From: Mobula hypostoma
Lineage: Eukaryota
Assembly: GCF_963921235.1 (NCBI RefSeq)
Contig: NC_086108.1
Location: 104,162,001-104,226,000, forward strand
DNA length: 64,000 nucleotides
Direction: 5' to 3'
The position numbers and the translations under genes were made by a program. Under the pieces are notes generated by a model. That model did no database searches. It was not told the origin of the DNA and worked only from the letters and a program-made list of their open reading frames with translations. Positions 12,727 through 26,232 of this stretch are shown here, piece by piece; position 1 is the stretch's first letter, and each line of letters opens with the position of its first letter.

Positions 12727-13290
12727 GGGATTGAGTTTAAGAGCCAAGAGGTAATATTGCAGCTATATAGGACCCTGGTCAGATCCCACTTGGAGTACTG
12801 TGCTCAATTCTGGTCGTCTCACTACAGGAAGGACGTGGGAACCATAGAGTGTAGAGGAGATTTACAAGGATGTTGAGTGAACTCAGCCTTTTCTCCTTGG
12901 AGCAACGGAGGATGAGAGGTGACCTGATCGAAGTATACAAGATAATGAGAGGCATTGATCATGTGGATAGTCAGAGGCTTTTTCTCAGGGCTGAAATGGC
13001 TAGCACCAGAGGGCATAGTTTTAAGGTGCTTGGAAGTAGGTACAGAGGAGATGACAGGGGTAAGTTTTTTTTTAACGCAGAGTGTGGTGAGTGTGTGGAA
13101 TGGACTGCTGGTGGTGGTGGTGGAGGCGGGAACAATTGGGTCTTTTAAGAGACTCCTGGGTGGATACATGGAGCTTAGAAAAATAGAGGGCTATGGGTAA
13201 GCCTAGGTAGTTTTAAGATAAGGACATGTTGGGCACAGCTTTGTGGGCTGAAGGGCCTGTATTGTGCTGTAGGTTTTCTATGTTCTGTGT
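12727..13290 (+). mobile_element. CR1 LINE 3' end
   Basis: HLEYCAQFWS and LFSLEQRRMRGDLIEVYKIMRG..TRGHSFKV, ending in a tttctatg tail. Near-identical subfamily copy at 55075-55605. Confidence 0.9.
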
Positions 13291-14054
13291 AACATTTGGG
13301 TGATTGGGAAGGTGGTAGGTGGATTTATTTATTTCAGAGATACAGTGCGAACAAGCTCTTTCAGTCCAACGAGCTGTAATGCCCAGCAGACCAACTATTT
13401 AACCCAGCCTAATCACAGGACAATTTACAATGACCAATTAATTACTATCTTGGTAGTAATGACCAATTAAATACATATTAATGTATTAATATTTTGTTTT
13501 TGAAAAAAATAATTATTGTCCTTTATCCGTTTTTTTTTGGTGCTGCATCAGATCTGGAGTAACAATTGGTTCATTCTCCTTTACACTTGTGTACTGGAAA
13601 TGACATTAAACAATCTTGAATCTTAACCTATTAATTGGTATGTCTTTGGGCTGGAAGGAAACTGGAGTGCCTGGAGGATACCTACGTTCTGTGGGGAGAG
13701 CTTGTAAACTCGGTACAGACGGCGCAGGAATTGAACTCTGAACTCTGCACTCTGCCTCCGATACTGTAGTAGTATTGTGCAAACTGCTATGTTACCATGG
13801 TGCCCCATTTAGGCTGGGAATTCCAGAGCTTATGGGTGACATAGCTGAAGGGATATGAAAAATCCAGATCCGATGATGCTGCTGTTTGTTTGTTGTGTTT
13901 GCCATGAAGTAATAGTAACAAAAATAGTGGGAAAGTGTTATCAGCTCTGTCAGCATCAGTAAGTCAGGTCGTGTCATGTCATGGTACCAGATCCTCATGG
14001 ATCCAAACTCTTACTGCTTTGTCCTAACAATGTTCACTCTTCCCTCCCTCTCAG

Positions 14055-14235
14055 CGCATCAAGGAAGGCAGTATCATTGACCAAGTTAAAGTAATTCTTG
14101 TTGGTGACCACATTGAATCGATCAACGGCAAGGGTGTGGTTGGCTGCCGGCACTACGAGGTGGCCAAGATGCTGAAAGAATTGCCAAAAGGCAAAACCTT
14201 CACACTCAAGCTGGTAGAAACCACTAAAGCATTTG
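14055..14235 (+). CDS. GIPC2: GIPC exon, PDZ domain: RIKEGSIIDQVKVILVGDHIESINGKGVVGCRHYEVAKMLKELPKGKTFTLKLVETTKAF
   Basis: Polypyrimidine tract plus tcAG (14053-14054), donor GTaagt (14236). 181 nt, phase 0/1. GDHIESING is GIPC2-like. Confidence 0.95.
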
Positions 14236-15950
14236 GTAAGTTTCAAAAAGCCTCACAAGTGTGCACTTCCAACCAGCCTTCCTCCATCACATGCAATGGA
14301 CCAATTTATTATTGTAATAATACATTGTTATAGTAACACAGACCAACGTCATACTTTTCCTCCAGCTTTCTTTCTGCCATGCTGAAGTGATCTTGAAATT
14401 GGGAGACCATTTGAAAACAATCACAAGTGTCAAATAGAAGAGTGGCCCAAAAGTAAAATATTACAGATGTTGGAAACCTGAAATGAAAGCAAAAAATGCT
14501 GGAAGTACACAGAAGATTGGTCAGCAAGCATAAAGTGACGTTTCAGGCAAATGGTTTGCTAACCCTAACTTCCAAATCCCTAATTGTAATACTGTTTCTT
14601 TCTCTTTCAATTCCCTCTGATGTGCTAGGTATCATCATGATTTTCTTTTCTTATTTACCACTCTACCACTGATTATTTGCAGATTAAATTTTAGTTTCCA
14701 CTGTTAGCAGAATAACTTGGTTGGAAGGATATTAAATGCTTCAGTTTAGTGATTTTCAGCAAATCTCCAGCACTTCAAGCCTGTTCTTTCCCAGTTGAAT
14801 GTTATGGGATTTATGACTACAGTATATATTTTTGGCACCAGTCACATGGTAAGCCTGCTATTCACAATACTTAACTTATAAAATTGTTTGAACCAAGGTG
14901 CAAACCTGACTTGGGGTGAATTGTTGGATGTATTTGCACTCTGGTGGTGACATAGCAGTTAGTGTATTGCTTTGCAATGCCAGTGATCCACGTTCAATTC
15001 CTGCCACTGTCTGTAAGGAGTTTGTACATTATCCCTGTGAACACAAGGCTTTTCTCTTGGTGCTCTGGTTTTCCTTGCACATTCCAGAGACTTGCAGGTT
15101 GGGGTTAGTAATATGTGGACATGCCATGTTGCTGCTGGAGGTGTGGCAACATTTGTGGGCTGCCCCCAGACATTGGACTCTGGTCATTGACACAAGTAAC
15201 AACTTAACTATATGTATTGCTGTAGGTGTGACAAATAAATCTTTAACTTAGGGTGAGGATAGAGAACAGAGACAGAATTTTTTTTCAGAAAACGATTTTT
15301 CAACTTCTATGTAATTTCTCCTTTTAACCCTCCTGTCAGTAACTCTGATCTGTTGTCCGGGGAGATCTGTCGACACTGAGATGATTGAAGTAGACCCATA
15401 GGGTGTTAAACCTTATGTCTAATTATCACCTGTTACCCGATGCAAGAACACACAGTACTACGGAAGATAAAGCAACAGCTTCTTTATTTAGTAGCTCGCT
15501 GCTGGAGCGAACCCCCTTCAGCACTCTTTTGGAGTCTGCATTGGGGTCTCTAATTACTTGTACAAGCATGACTCTTTTATACACATGTGGTCGCGTACAC
15601 TTGTTAAGCAATTGCCCAATTTCTTCATTACTTGCCCAGCAACAGTAACATAAGGTACTTGTAAGGTAATTGATCATTATCAAATCATTGTTCTAAGAAT
15701 CTGCTTCAAGACGTTGCCTCACCAGGCGGTCCTTTACTTAAACCTTTGTCCAACTTGGAGTATTTATAGAACTAGTTTACGAGACAAAGACAGAAAATCG
15801 GAACTCAGCTCACAACACATAACTCCTGCAAAATTGTCGGTCTGAAAGCAATGCGGGCAGACCACCCAGACAGAAGTCCGAGCAATCCCTCCTCACAAGG
15901 GTTCGAAAACCACCCCCCAACCCCTTCAACCCTTCAACATCTCGAGGGTA

Positions 15951-17388
15951 TTTTTTTCGTCCTGGTTTTATGGTAAGACCAAGCTTGTCATGATCTTTGG
16001 TAGCTTGATGTAGAGCGTAATCAAGGACATTTATAAAGATGTAGGGTGCCAGAGTGTCTCCTTGCTGCACACCAGCTAGGAGCTCGAACACTGCTGTTTC
16101 TCCATCTGGTGATACAACTTTCGCCATGGTTTTGGTATAGCTGGACTGTGTTGCTCTCAGTAGACGGTCTGGCACTCCGTAAGCTTTCAGGATCTTCAGC
16201 ATTTTACCATGGTGAATGGAGTCAAAAGCTTTGTGAAAATTGATGTAAGTAAGCACGGCTGGTAGGTTGTTCTTCTTGACTTCCTCTGATTCTATGGAGA
16301 GCAAGTATTTGCATTACTGTTGTGCGCTTCTGCTGAAAACTATTCTGATTGAATCTTAGCTTAGGGTCAGTGGCGGTGTGAATCTTGTTCAAGATCATCT
16401 GATTGTATTGCTTTGCTAAGATGCAGGTCGAGCTGATACCACGGTAGTTATCTGTCTTCGTGAGGGATGCAGAATTGGGGACTGGGATAATGTTTGAAAG
16501 TGGCCCCTGTTCTGGTTTGTTGCCTTTCATCAGTGCTGTTTTACATATGTCCATCAAGATGTCCAGTAAAACCAGGGCGAACCAAAAGGGTCAGACTAGT
16601 TACGCTCACAGATCTTGATTTTACAGATAACATAGTCCTACTCTCTGACCAGATGGAGGAAGCACAGCAGCTACTGACAAAAGTGGAAATTGAGTGTAAT
16701 GAAGTTGGACTTCACCTAAATGCTAAAAAGACGCAGTACATGGCGTTTAATTGCGACAAAGGTACTCTCAAGACCGTAAAGAATGATACCATTAAGAAAG
16801 TCTTTGACTACAAGTACCTTGGGTCAAGAATGATGAGTTCGGAGAAGGGCGTAAAGATACGGAAGGCGCTGGCGTGGAGGGCTATGAATGACATGAAGGA
16901 AATCTGGAAGTCGAACCTGACCAGAGGGCTTAAAAAGAGGATCTTCATAGCAGTCATAGAGTCCATTCTCACGTATGGATGCGAGACGTGGACACTCACC
17001 AAGACTATGCGAAAGTCTCTAGAAGGTTGCTATATACGAATGCTCCGGGTGGCTCTTGACGTGAGTTGGCAGCAGCACATGACGAATGTCGAGCTCTATG
17101 ACGACCTACTGATGCTCCCCACTAAAATTGAGGCGAGAAGACTGCAACTAGCGGGGCACTGTTTACGCCACCCCGAGCTACCTGCCAGCCTAGTCATCAT
17201 ATGGGAGCCCAAGCATGGGAGGATGAACCCTGGGTGCCCTCCCAAGACTATGGTCAACACGCTCCTAGAAGATAGCGGCGTGGCTCATGTAGATGAACTG
17301 AACAACTGATGAGGGAAAGGGAGAAGTGGAGAGTCCGTCATCGTGCCTGACGCCAGCCCCCTAGCCTGAGTTGACGTAGTAGTAGCAG
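15951..17388 (+). mobile_element. RTE-clade LINE, 5'-truncated with an inverted 5' segment (15951-~16565 on -, ~16566-17388 on +)
   Basis: Minus part gives NYRGIS..., FHKAFDSIH and GVQQGDTLAPYIF. Plus part gives LDFTDNIVLL, GLHLNAKKT, YKYLGS, LTYGCETWTL and RRLQLAGHCLR. Ends in an (agt)n tail. Confidence 0.88.
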
Positions 17389-18334
17389 CATTGGGTATTT
17401 TGGGGAATTGCAAAAGTTAGTTTGGTGTTGGCATACAGATGGTATTTACTCATCATATAACGTTTCAGTAGCAGCTTCTCTTCACTGAACTGGAACAGCA
17501 CATTTACAATGTAACTTGCAATATAATAAGTAAAGTGGATGATGTGGTTAGGAAAAAGAGAGAGACAGGCGATTTAGCAGGATGCTGCCTGGACTTGGTG
17601 GGCATGTCTTATCAAGTTAGATTGAGCTAGGGCTTTTCTTGGAGCAAAGAAGGATGAGAGATAACTTGATAGTGGTGTACAGGATGATAAAAGGCATTGA
17701 CAGAGTGGACAGCCAGAATCCTTTTTCTCCACCCACCCCCCCCCCCCAAGTGGTAATGGCTAATACAAGGAGCCATAATTTTAAGGTGATTGGAGAAAAG
17801 TACGGGGGGCTGTCATAGATCAGTTCTTTGCACAGAATGGTATGTGTGTGTTGGGTGGCAGAGTGGAGATGACATTGCAAAAATGGGCACTGGTTTCCGT
17901 GGATCTATCTTGAGAAAGCATGAAGTTTGACTGTTTGGAGTTCATGTGGGAGAGGGTGGTGGAGAAGTTGTGAGAGGGAGAAGCACTGGAGAACAGCTGA
18001 TCTGTATTGATCTATCCTGATCAAGATGGTGCTATGTTGCAACCTCTGGGGTCATGGCTCAGTTTTAGTTGTTTTCTTTTTAGTGTTTTTTTTGGGGGGG
18101 AGGGTTTGTGGGGATGGTTTTGGGATAGGGGTGTAATAGGCCAAGTTAGGGTTAAGGACATGGATGTGGGGGAATTATGAGGATATGCAGGGTGGAAGTA
18201 TGTCTCAACCCAAGGAGGTGTAAGATGCTTCTTCCCTCCACTAACCTGCAGATTCCCTTTGGGCAAGGTGTAGCATCTGCTTTGCCCTCCAATCAGGATC
18301 ATACAGTCAGGGTCAAGTGGAAATATAGCATAGT

Positions 18335-18782
18335 AACATAGAGTTGCTGGAGGAGTGAGCATGTGGAGGAAATGGATAGTCAACATTTCAGGTTGAGACT
18401 CTTCATCAGGATTGATAAGAAGGAGGGGGGAGATGGCCAGTATAAAAAGATAGAGGGAAGATGAGTGGAAATGACAAAGCGCTGGAGAAGATGGGACTAT
18501 AATAGAAGAAGAGAGTGGACCACAGAATAAAGAGAAAGAGGTGTGGTGGGGAACTGGTAGGAGGAGCGTCTGTGTGAAGGGTAGATGGAGAGTGTGAGGA
18601 AAGGGGAAAGAAATAGGTTGATATGGGGTAGTGGGATAAGGAGGGTGAAAAGGGGAATGGATAGAAGGAAGTAATTACTAGAAATTAGAGAAATCAATGT
18701 TTATGCCATCAGGTTGGAGACTACCATGGTGGAATATGAACTGCTGTTCCTCTAATCTGCGTCTCAGCTCAACTTGGCAAAA
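18335..18782 (-). mobile_element. Penelope-like element 3' fragment with decayed hammerhead (18377-18414)
   Basis: Minus strand CUGAUGA...GAAAUGUUGAC. GIY-YIG C-terminal homology at 18675-18780. Confidence 0.7.
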
Positions 18783-21700
18783 GTAATAGACTGAAAAGTT
18801 GAGAGTCATTTGTGAAGGGCAGGAAAGGAAGGAAAGTAATTTTAAGTGTGTATGCATAATCAGTCAAACCAACAACTAAGCATGTGCAAAATAAAGATTA
18901 ACTAGGATGATGCCGGTGGATAAGGCCATAGACGTGCCAGATTTCATTCCTCCTCGGAAAGGCTAAGAGATGAACTAATCAAATTCTGTAAAATTAAGAA
19001 AAGGCACGATGCCTAAATGATTGTCCAAACAGACGTTCCTACACGCAAGAGAGTTTAGAATGTCAAGACCCAGTGGGTAGTAAGAATCTAGAGCTCACTA
19101 ACAAAATATTTGGCAAATGGAAAAAAATCAGCTCAGCCTTCTGGTCCTTTCTCCTTCACAGGTTAAATAAATGACAAGGAAATTCTTGGTGTGTGAGCAA
19201 GATGGACCATGTGGTTTGTTTCTGTGTTGCAGACCAGATGGGGCCAGATATGGAATGTGACTGGGCTGCCACTACAAATATTGGAAAGAACAATATATCT
19301 TGTAATTGCAGGAGTAGATGAGCCGAAGGGCCTGTTTCTGTGCTGTAGTGCTCTGTCTCAATGTTTTGTTCTTGGGATATTGGTTAAGGGATGCATTTTG
19401 CCCTCGACATCAGCACTTCCTCTGCTGTTTCATATTATTGTCAAATGGTCTTTTGTTTCCATGTGAAAGCAAATGGGGCTTCAGTTTAATGTCTCATCCA
19501 AAAATTGGCTTCTCCAACAGTGCTTCACTGGAGTGTCAGCTTAGAGTTTCTTTGTGCTTATTTGTGTGGAACAGAAATTTGATCTCTCAACCTTCTGGGA
19601 ATATACAGTATATAAGAAACATATAACTAAGGGAGCTGACATTGTAGTGTGGCCACAGCAACATCTATATGAGTGCAGGTTCCCTTCTTCCACTTCGACT
19701 ACGTAGGTGTCGGGCCAACGTTGTGAGGTTGTAGGATGTTAACCAGTCCTCACATCTGTTGTAAGATGCATATTAGTGAGCTCGGTGTTCAGTTGATCTG
19801 AATGTGCTTCCTATAAAGTTTCATTGTTTAAGCTGACTGCAAGCCTGTGGCTTGGAAAGCAGGCAGTGACTGGGTTCAGGGCAGGGTGACTCACAGGTTA
19901 AAACAAACCTGATCAACTGGGATTGATTTTTTTTTTCTGGCTACTCTAACAGATTTTGGCTCCATCTTTTACTCTGGTTCTGTCCTAGGATAAAAGTGGT
20001 GTCTGCTCCTTGCTTTATTGACATAACTTCAGCAAATGGCAGAACGAGAATCACTTTTGTTACCACTGACATAGAGTAAGTTCTGAAATTTGATGCTTTG
20101 CAGCAGCCAAAATTTCAAGGCAGGAGTTGCTGGATAAAAAGATCTTTGTCAAGGCCCAGCAGACTTTCTTGTCCCTTTCATCAACCTGGAATAGATCCCT
20201 TCAGACCCTGGAGAATAATCTACCATATTGTTCTTAAGTAGACCCAGCACCACCACCACCTTGATAACAGTATACTACTCCCTGATCTCACTATCCTTAG
20301 TCCTTTTCCTTGTTGAATATTGAAGCAATATATAAGAACATAAGAAATAGGAGCAGGAGTAGGCCATCCGGCCCATCGAGCCTGCCCTGTCATTCAATAA
20401 GATCATGGCTGATCTGTCCATAAACTCAGCTCCATCTACCTGCCATTTCCCCCATAATCCTTAATTCCCCTACTATGTAAAAATCTATCTAACTGTATCT
20501 TAAATATATTTAGTGAAGAAACCTCAACTGCTTCCCTGGCCAGAGAATTCCACAGATTCACCACTCTCCTGGAAAAAGTTTCTCCTCATCTCCTTCCTAA
20601 ATCTTCTCCCCTCACCTACTTCCTTCTGGGCATAAATTCCCTCCTTTATCTTGAGGAGTGGTCCTACTTATCTCATATGTTTAAACTGCCTTAGGATTCT
20701 CTTTAGTCCTACATTCTAAGGATGTTTATGGGCCCTTTTTGCCCTACTGATTCCCTGTTAAAGTTCTTTGCTAATTCCTTTTATATTCTTCAAGGGCCCT
20801 GTTTGATTTCAGCATTCTAAACCTTGCATACATGTGCTTTTCCTTTTGGCTTAAATTGCAACATCTCTCATCATCCACGTTTTCCTGTGCCTTGCTGTCC
20901 TGTCTTTCTTCCCCATAATTTACTCTCCCTACTGTTGCAGTGGAATAACATTGCTGGCTTTGATTGGGCTCCCAATCAAAATAAATTCTTACCCTTCAAA
21001 TCTCCTTTAAACCATCTCCCTCTCACTTTATAGCCACATCCTCTAGTTTTCCTCCCTGGAGAAAATGACTCTTTCTACCCTGTCAATGCCTCTCATTATT
21101 TTATAAGCCTCTATCAGATTGCATCTCTATCTCCAGCATCCCAGAAGGGAAAAAATAGAAGATTGTCCAACTTCCCCATATAGTTCATACACTTTACTGC
21201 AGGCAGCATTCTAGTAAACCTTCTTTGCCCCCACTCCAAAGCCTCTACAACTTTTCAGTAATGGAATGACGAGGAATGCCATTTTACTGAGATGAGTAAT
21301 GTAAAGCAAACCTCTCAGTATTTGCAGTGATCAACTAATGAAAGCCTCATGATCTACAGAAACCAACATTTGGCGAGCTGGTTTTTGCACTCCATCTCCC
21401 CTCCTCTTTACATTTAACTCCATTAACACTACCCGAAGGGGGGCGTACACTTGCAAGAAAAGGTTTGTGAACCTTTTGCATTAAAATTTTATGAGTAATT
21501 TTATGCATTAATTACTCATAAAATGTGATCTGATCTTCATTTAAGTCACAATCTAGACAATAATAGACAAACACAATCTGCCTAAACTAGGGATAGGCAA
21601 CCTATAGATCCGTAGATTTTCTCTTGCTTGTGAAAGAGAAATCATGCTTATGTTTCAGGTCAAAGGCCCTTGCTCAAAAATAATCCTCATTTTTGCCTCG

Positions 21701-22353
21701 CATGCTAATCTAGCATCCTCACAAATACATCTGTGCTGGTTGTCTGAGCTACTCTCTTTGGTTGTAATAACAGTATTTCTAATGCAATCCTGACTATACA
21801 GTAATTAACTTGCATTTATGGTTCCGCCTTTGGTCTCACTCATTGTAGAAACATCAACTGTACTTGTTTCCTGTAGATTTCTTTTACTAGATCTCTTAAT
21901 CTCCCAAATCCACCACTTCATGGCCCTTGTGCCTTCTTGCCTACCTGCACTGCACTTTCTCTGTAGCTGTAACACTATATGCTGCATTCTGCGATTGTGA
22001 TTCCCTTTGTATCATCCTGCTCTACTATGTTTGCGATGCTATGGATGGTATGAAAAACTGCTTTTAATTATCTTGGTGCATGGGACAGTAAATCAATTAC
22101 CAGTTAGTTGAGAACTCCCAAGTTACCTGATCTGTTTTATACAGAACAGTTTGTCTCTGGAACATTGGTTATTTATTAGTCTTTCTGTATATATGATTTT
22201 TCACAGACTTGATTGTCTTTTTGTATTTATTTTTCTGGTAAATGTCTGCAAGTAAATTTCAACATGTATGTACTAAGATAATAAATTTACTTCTGAACTT
22301 TTCTGAGCAGTAATTCATCTTGTGACATTTAAATTTCATGTCATTTTTGTCAG

Positions 22354-22463
22354 ATGTGATTGAGCCCCGATCGCGAGGAAAACCTGGTGGCGAGGGTAAG
22401 ATTGGCACAGGAAGGGGCACACTACGATTACGTTCAAAGGGACCTGCAACTGTGGAAGAGTTG
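22354..22463 (+). CDS. GIPC2: GIPC exon: (D)VIEPRSRGKPGGEGKIGTGRGTLRLRSKGPATVEEL
   Basis: Acceptor tttttgtcAG (22352-22353), donor GTaagt (22464). 110 nt, phase 1/0. Contains the conserved GTGRGTLRLRSKGPATVE motif. Confidence 0.95.
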
Positions 22464-23414
22464 GTAAGTGGGTCAAGATGGAGTGAAGTTTTAAATACTT
22501 CAAGAATTTCAAATCCACAAAGTCAAAATGTTTGCATGTTATTTTCACTTAAAATGGAACTTGCGTTAAGCTGCCTGGCCGTAGAACACAGGACAAATGC
22601 AGAGCAAACCTTTTGTCGTTCATTCTCATTGAAGTTGCCCAGCAAGAATTCTGGAGTACCTTCTTTCTGCAACAGAGTGGTGTTTTTGTGTGTAGAGTCA
22701 TAGAACACTACAATGCAAAAGCAGTCCCTTCGGCCCATCTAGTCCATGCAAACTATTATTCTGCCTATCTTGAATCATTATCTGTTAATGACAACTAGGG
22801 AGCTATTTTGAGGTTTGGCCCTGATTCTGGGAAGAACAAGACTTCTTTGGGGGAAAAAGAGGGAATATCAATGGAACACTGTCAACTTAAGGCTTCTGCG
22901 AAGTGGAGATGGGGAGTAAAAAAAAAAACTGCTGGAGGAACTCAATGGGTCAACCACTTCTGTGGAAAGAAATGGACATTTGATGTTTTGGGTTGAGACC
23001 CTTTAAAAAGAGGTTTGCTTTATTTGCCACGCATTGAAACGCATCACTGGAGGAAACCCAAGCAGTCAAAAGGAAAATGTACAAACTCCTTACAGACGGC
23101 AATGGTAATTGAACCCCAGTCTTACAGCTGGCATTGTATAGCATTGTTAACTGCTATGCTATCATGCTGCCCATCATCTGAAAGACTGGAGGTGGTGATA
23201 GTTGGCATAAAGAGGTGGGTGGCGCAAGAGTTGACTGTTTATTGAGACACAGTGCAGAATAAGCCCTTCTGGCCTTTCAAACTTTTTTTCTCCTTGTGTA
23301 CTGGAAATTACATTAAACAATCTTAAATCTTGAATCTTTTGAAAGTACTGACATCATTGTGACAGATTTGTTTATTTTATTCTTGAATTAATTTTTATTT
23401 GGTTGAACCAACAG

Positions 23415-23496
23415 CCTACTGAATTCGAAGAAAAAGCAATCAGCAAAGTTGATGACCTGTTAGAAAGTTATATGGGAATAAGGGACACGGAACTAG
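23415..23496 (+). CDS. GIPC2: GIPC exon, GH2 domain: [27 protein letters not shown]
   Basis: Acceptor caacAG (23413-23414), donor GTgagt (23497). 82 nt, phase 0/1. [14 protein letters not shown] is a GIPC hallmark. Confidence 0.95.
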
Positions 23497-24153
23497 GTGA
23501 GTTAGTTGCTATTTTTCATGTGCAAGTGAATGATTATAGCATTGATAGTTATACAGCACAGAAACAGGCCCTTCCACCCAAATGGTCCATGCTGACCAAG
23601 ATGTCCCGTCCAACCTCGTCCCATTTGCCAGCTTTTGGCCCATAACCTTCTGAACCTTTCCAACCCATGGAAAGGATAATATTTATAGTAACATTATTAT
23701 TAATAAAAGATATAATAATATCTTTATTATACAGCAGTAACAGGCCCTTCTGGTCCCATGAGTCCTCACTACCCAATTACCCCAATGTAACTGATTAACC
23801 TACTAAACCTATGTCTTATGGTCTTGTAGTGAAATAATAAGTCAGCCATGAATGAATGGTGGAGCAGACTTGATGGGCCAAATGGCCTTGTTCTGCTCCC
23901 ATGTCTGGTCTTACCCATACGACTATGGAACGTGGGAGGAAATGGAGCAACCTGCGGAAACCCATGCAGTCATGGAGAGAATGTATAAACCCTTTACATG
24001 CAGCGATGGAAATGAACCTGGCGATGTCATCACTGCTAACGGCTATGCTATCATGCTGCTCCAAATGGTACTTGTCCCAAATGTCTTTTAAAACTTGTAC
24101 TAAACGGAGCACTTTTCCTGCTGCTCATGCCACATGTGTGTGTGTTGCCCTCA

Positions 24154-24154
<1 letters not shown>

Positions 24155-24219
<65 letters not shown>
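24155..24219. repeat. (CA)n microsatellite, about 32 units
   Basis: Direct reading. Confidence 0.97.
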
Positions 24220-24223
<4 letters not shown>

Positions 24224-26232
24224 TCTTCCTATTAAATTTTCCCCCCTCATCTTAAACCCATGTCTTCTTGTTCTTGATTATTCCATTATTCCTCAGCCTT
24301 GGGAAAAGGGCTGCATTCAACTATATATGCCCCTCATTATTTTACACTAATGATTTTGTACTTCTATACATAATTTTAAATTATGAAAATAAAAATTGGG
24401 GATAAGAAATAAAAGTGACCAATTGAAGATTATCTGACATACCCGAAATCAGTTCAGATGGTTGTTACATGCCCTTTAGCAGATGATGTGTATCGGAAGA
24501 GCGTAGGAGATGAAGGGACTCAGGTTAGCATGAAAATGCGATCACAGGTTAACATTAAAACAATTATTAATGGGCAAGAATGTGGATATACCACAAAAAT
24601 TACCCATCAAATCTCTGTAATCTGCTTTTGGTCCCCTAAATCTAGAGGAGAGCACATTGTGCGTGGTGACTACAATATACAGTATGGAAAACTGACCATA
24701 TTGTTTCTCACCAGCTGCCCAGTAAATGTGTTCAGGCTCTCATTATCAGGTTTTAAATTTTGGTTAGCTTTATTTGTCACATGTACATCAACACGTACAG
24801 TAAAATGTGTTGTTTTGCATCAACGACCTGCACACTCCAGGCATTGTGCTGGGGGCAGCCTGCAAGTGTCACTATGCTTCCCACAACTCTCTAACCTTGA
24901 CCAGCACGTCTTTGGAAAGTGGGGGGAGAGTGAAGAGCACCCAGCGGAAACCCACGTAATTACAGGCTTCAGGTTACAAGTTTGAGTTGCTACACAATAC
25001 CCAATTGAAAAATGACAAATGGCTCAGAGTATAGGTTTTCTGATTGGCTAGAAAGTCATAAAACGTAGGAGCAGAATTAGGCCATTCAGCCCTTTCAGTC
25101 TGTTCTGTCATTCAATCATGGATGACTTATTTTTCCCTCTCAGCCCCATTCTCCTGCCTTTTTCCCATAATCTTTGAAGCCCTTAATAATCAAGTACCCG
25201 AGTCAACCTCTGCTTTAAATATACCCCCACAGCCATCTCTAGCAATGAATTCCACAGATTCATCACCCTTTCAAGAAAGAGAGCTACTGGAGTTGACTGA
25301 ACACTAATTCAAGAATGATAAAGATCACTGTTTCTCAGCTCCGGGAGGATATGCTGAGCAGTTTAATATCAGGAATAGCTTTAATAAGTGTTTCAGTGCT
25401 TGGAGCAGATTCCAGGAACAGTGTGTGTCCTTTAAATGCTGGATGTGGTTTGTCTCCACAGAGGATCTGTAGGACTTTGAGTCGTAGAACCATTCAGGAC
25501 AGAAACAGTCCTTAACATTAACTGTCCATTCACACTAATCCAATATTAATCCCATTTTATTAATTTCCCCACTTTCTTATCAACTTTGCCACCCTCTCCC
25601 CAAACCCAAAATTCTGACATTATTGACCTGAACACTTAAAGGCTATTTAGTGGTCAGTTAATTTGGCACAATGCATGACTTTGGATGAAGTGGGAGGAAG
25701 CTGGAGAACGTGCAAACTCCACACAAACAGCACTTGAGGTCAGGATTGAATCCATGTTTCTGCTGGATTGACTTAACTAAATTAATTACCTTCCACCCTG
25801 GCCTTTCCCTTTTCTCTCTTCTACCTAACAACAAACCTCTTACAGACAGTGGCAATGATTGAATGTGGGTCGCTGCCGCGGTAAAGCGTTACACTAACCG
25901 CTACACTACTGCGCCACTTGAGCAAGGAACTTCATTGTATCCTGTCGAGGATGACAATGAACTAATCGAAATCTGATATCCATCTGCTCATGAAGTGCCT
26001 GTTGAAGATGCTACACCATATGATCCATCAGTCAATTCTCTGTTACCTCTCTGTTAAATGTTACTGGTTGGGCAGTAAATACTTCAATCGCTATTGCTGA
26101 GTGGTTAAATTGCACCATTGTAGGCTGAGTCTTGAAAGACAGCTGGTATCACACAAGATGCTTTTTTTTACCGTATTAAAAGCTTTTGTACAAATTCATT
26201 ATGTTAAAACCTATTCTCTCCTTTCTTTTCAG

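Noticed and set aside
24458..24985. 175-aa ORF in the last GIPC intron
   Set aside because: No recognisable domain, the 3' half overlaps SINE-like repeats, and there is no convincing splice context.
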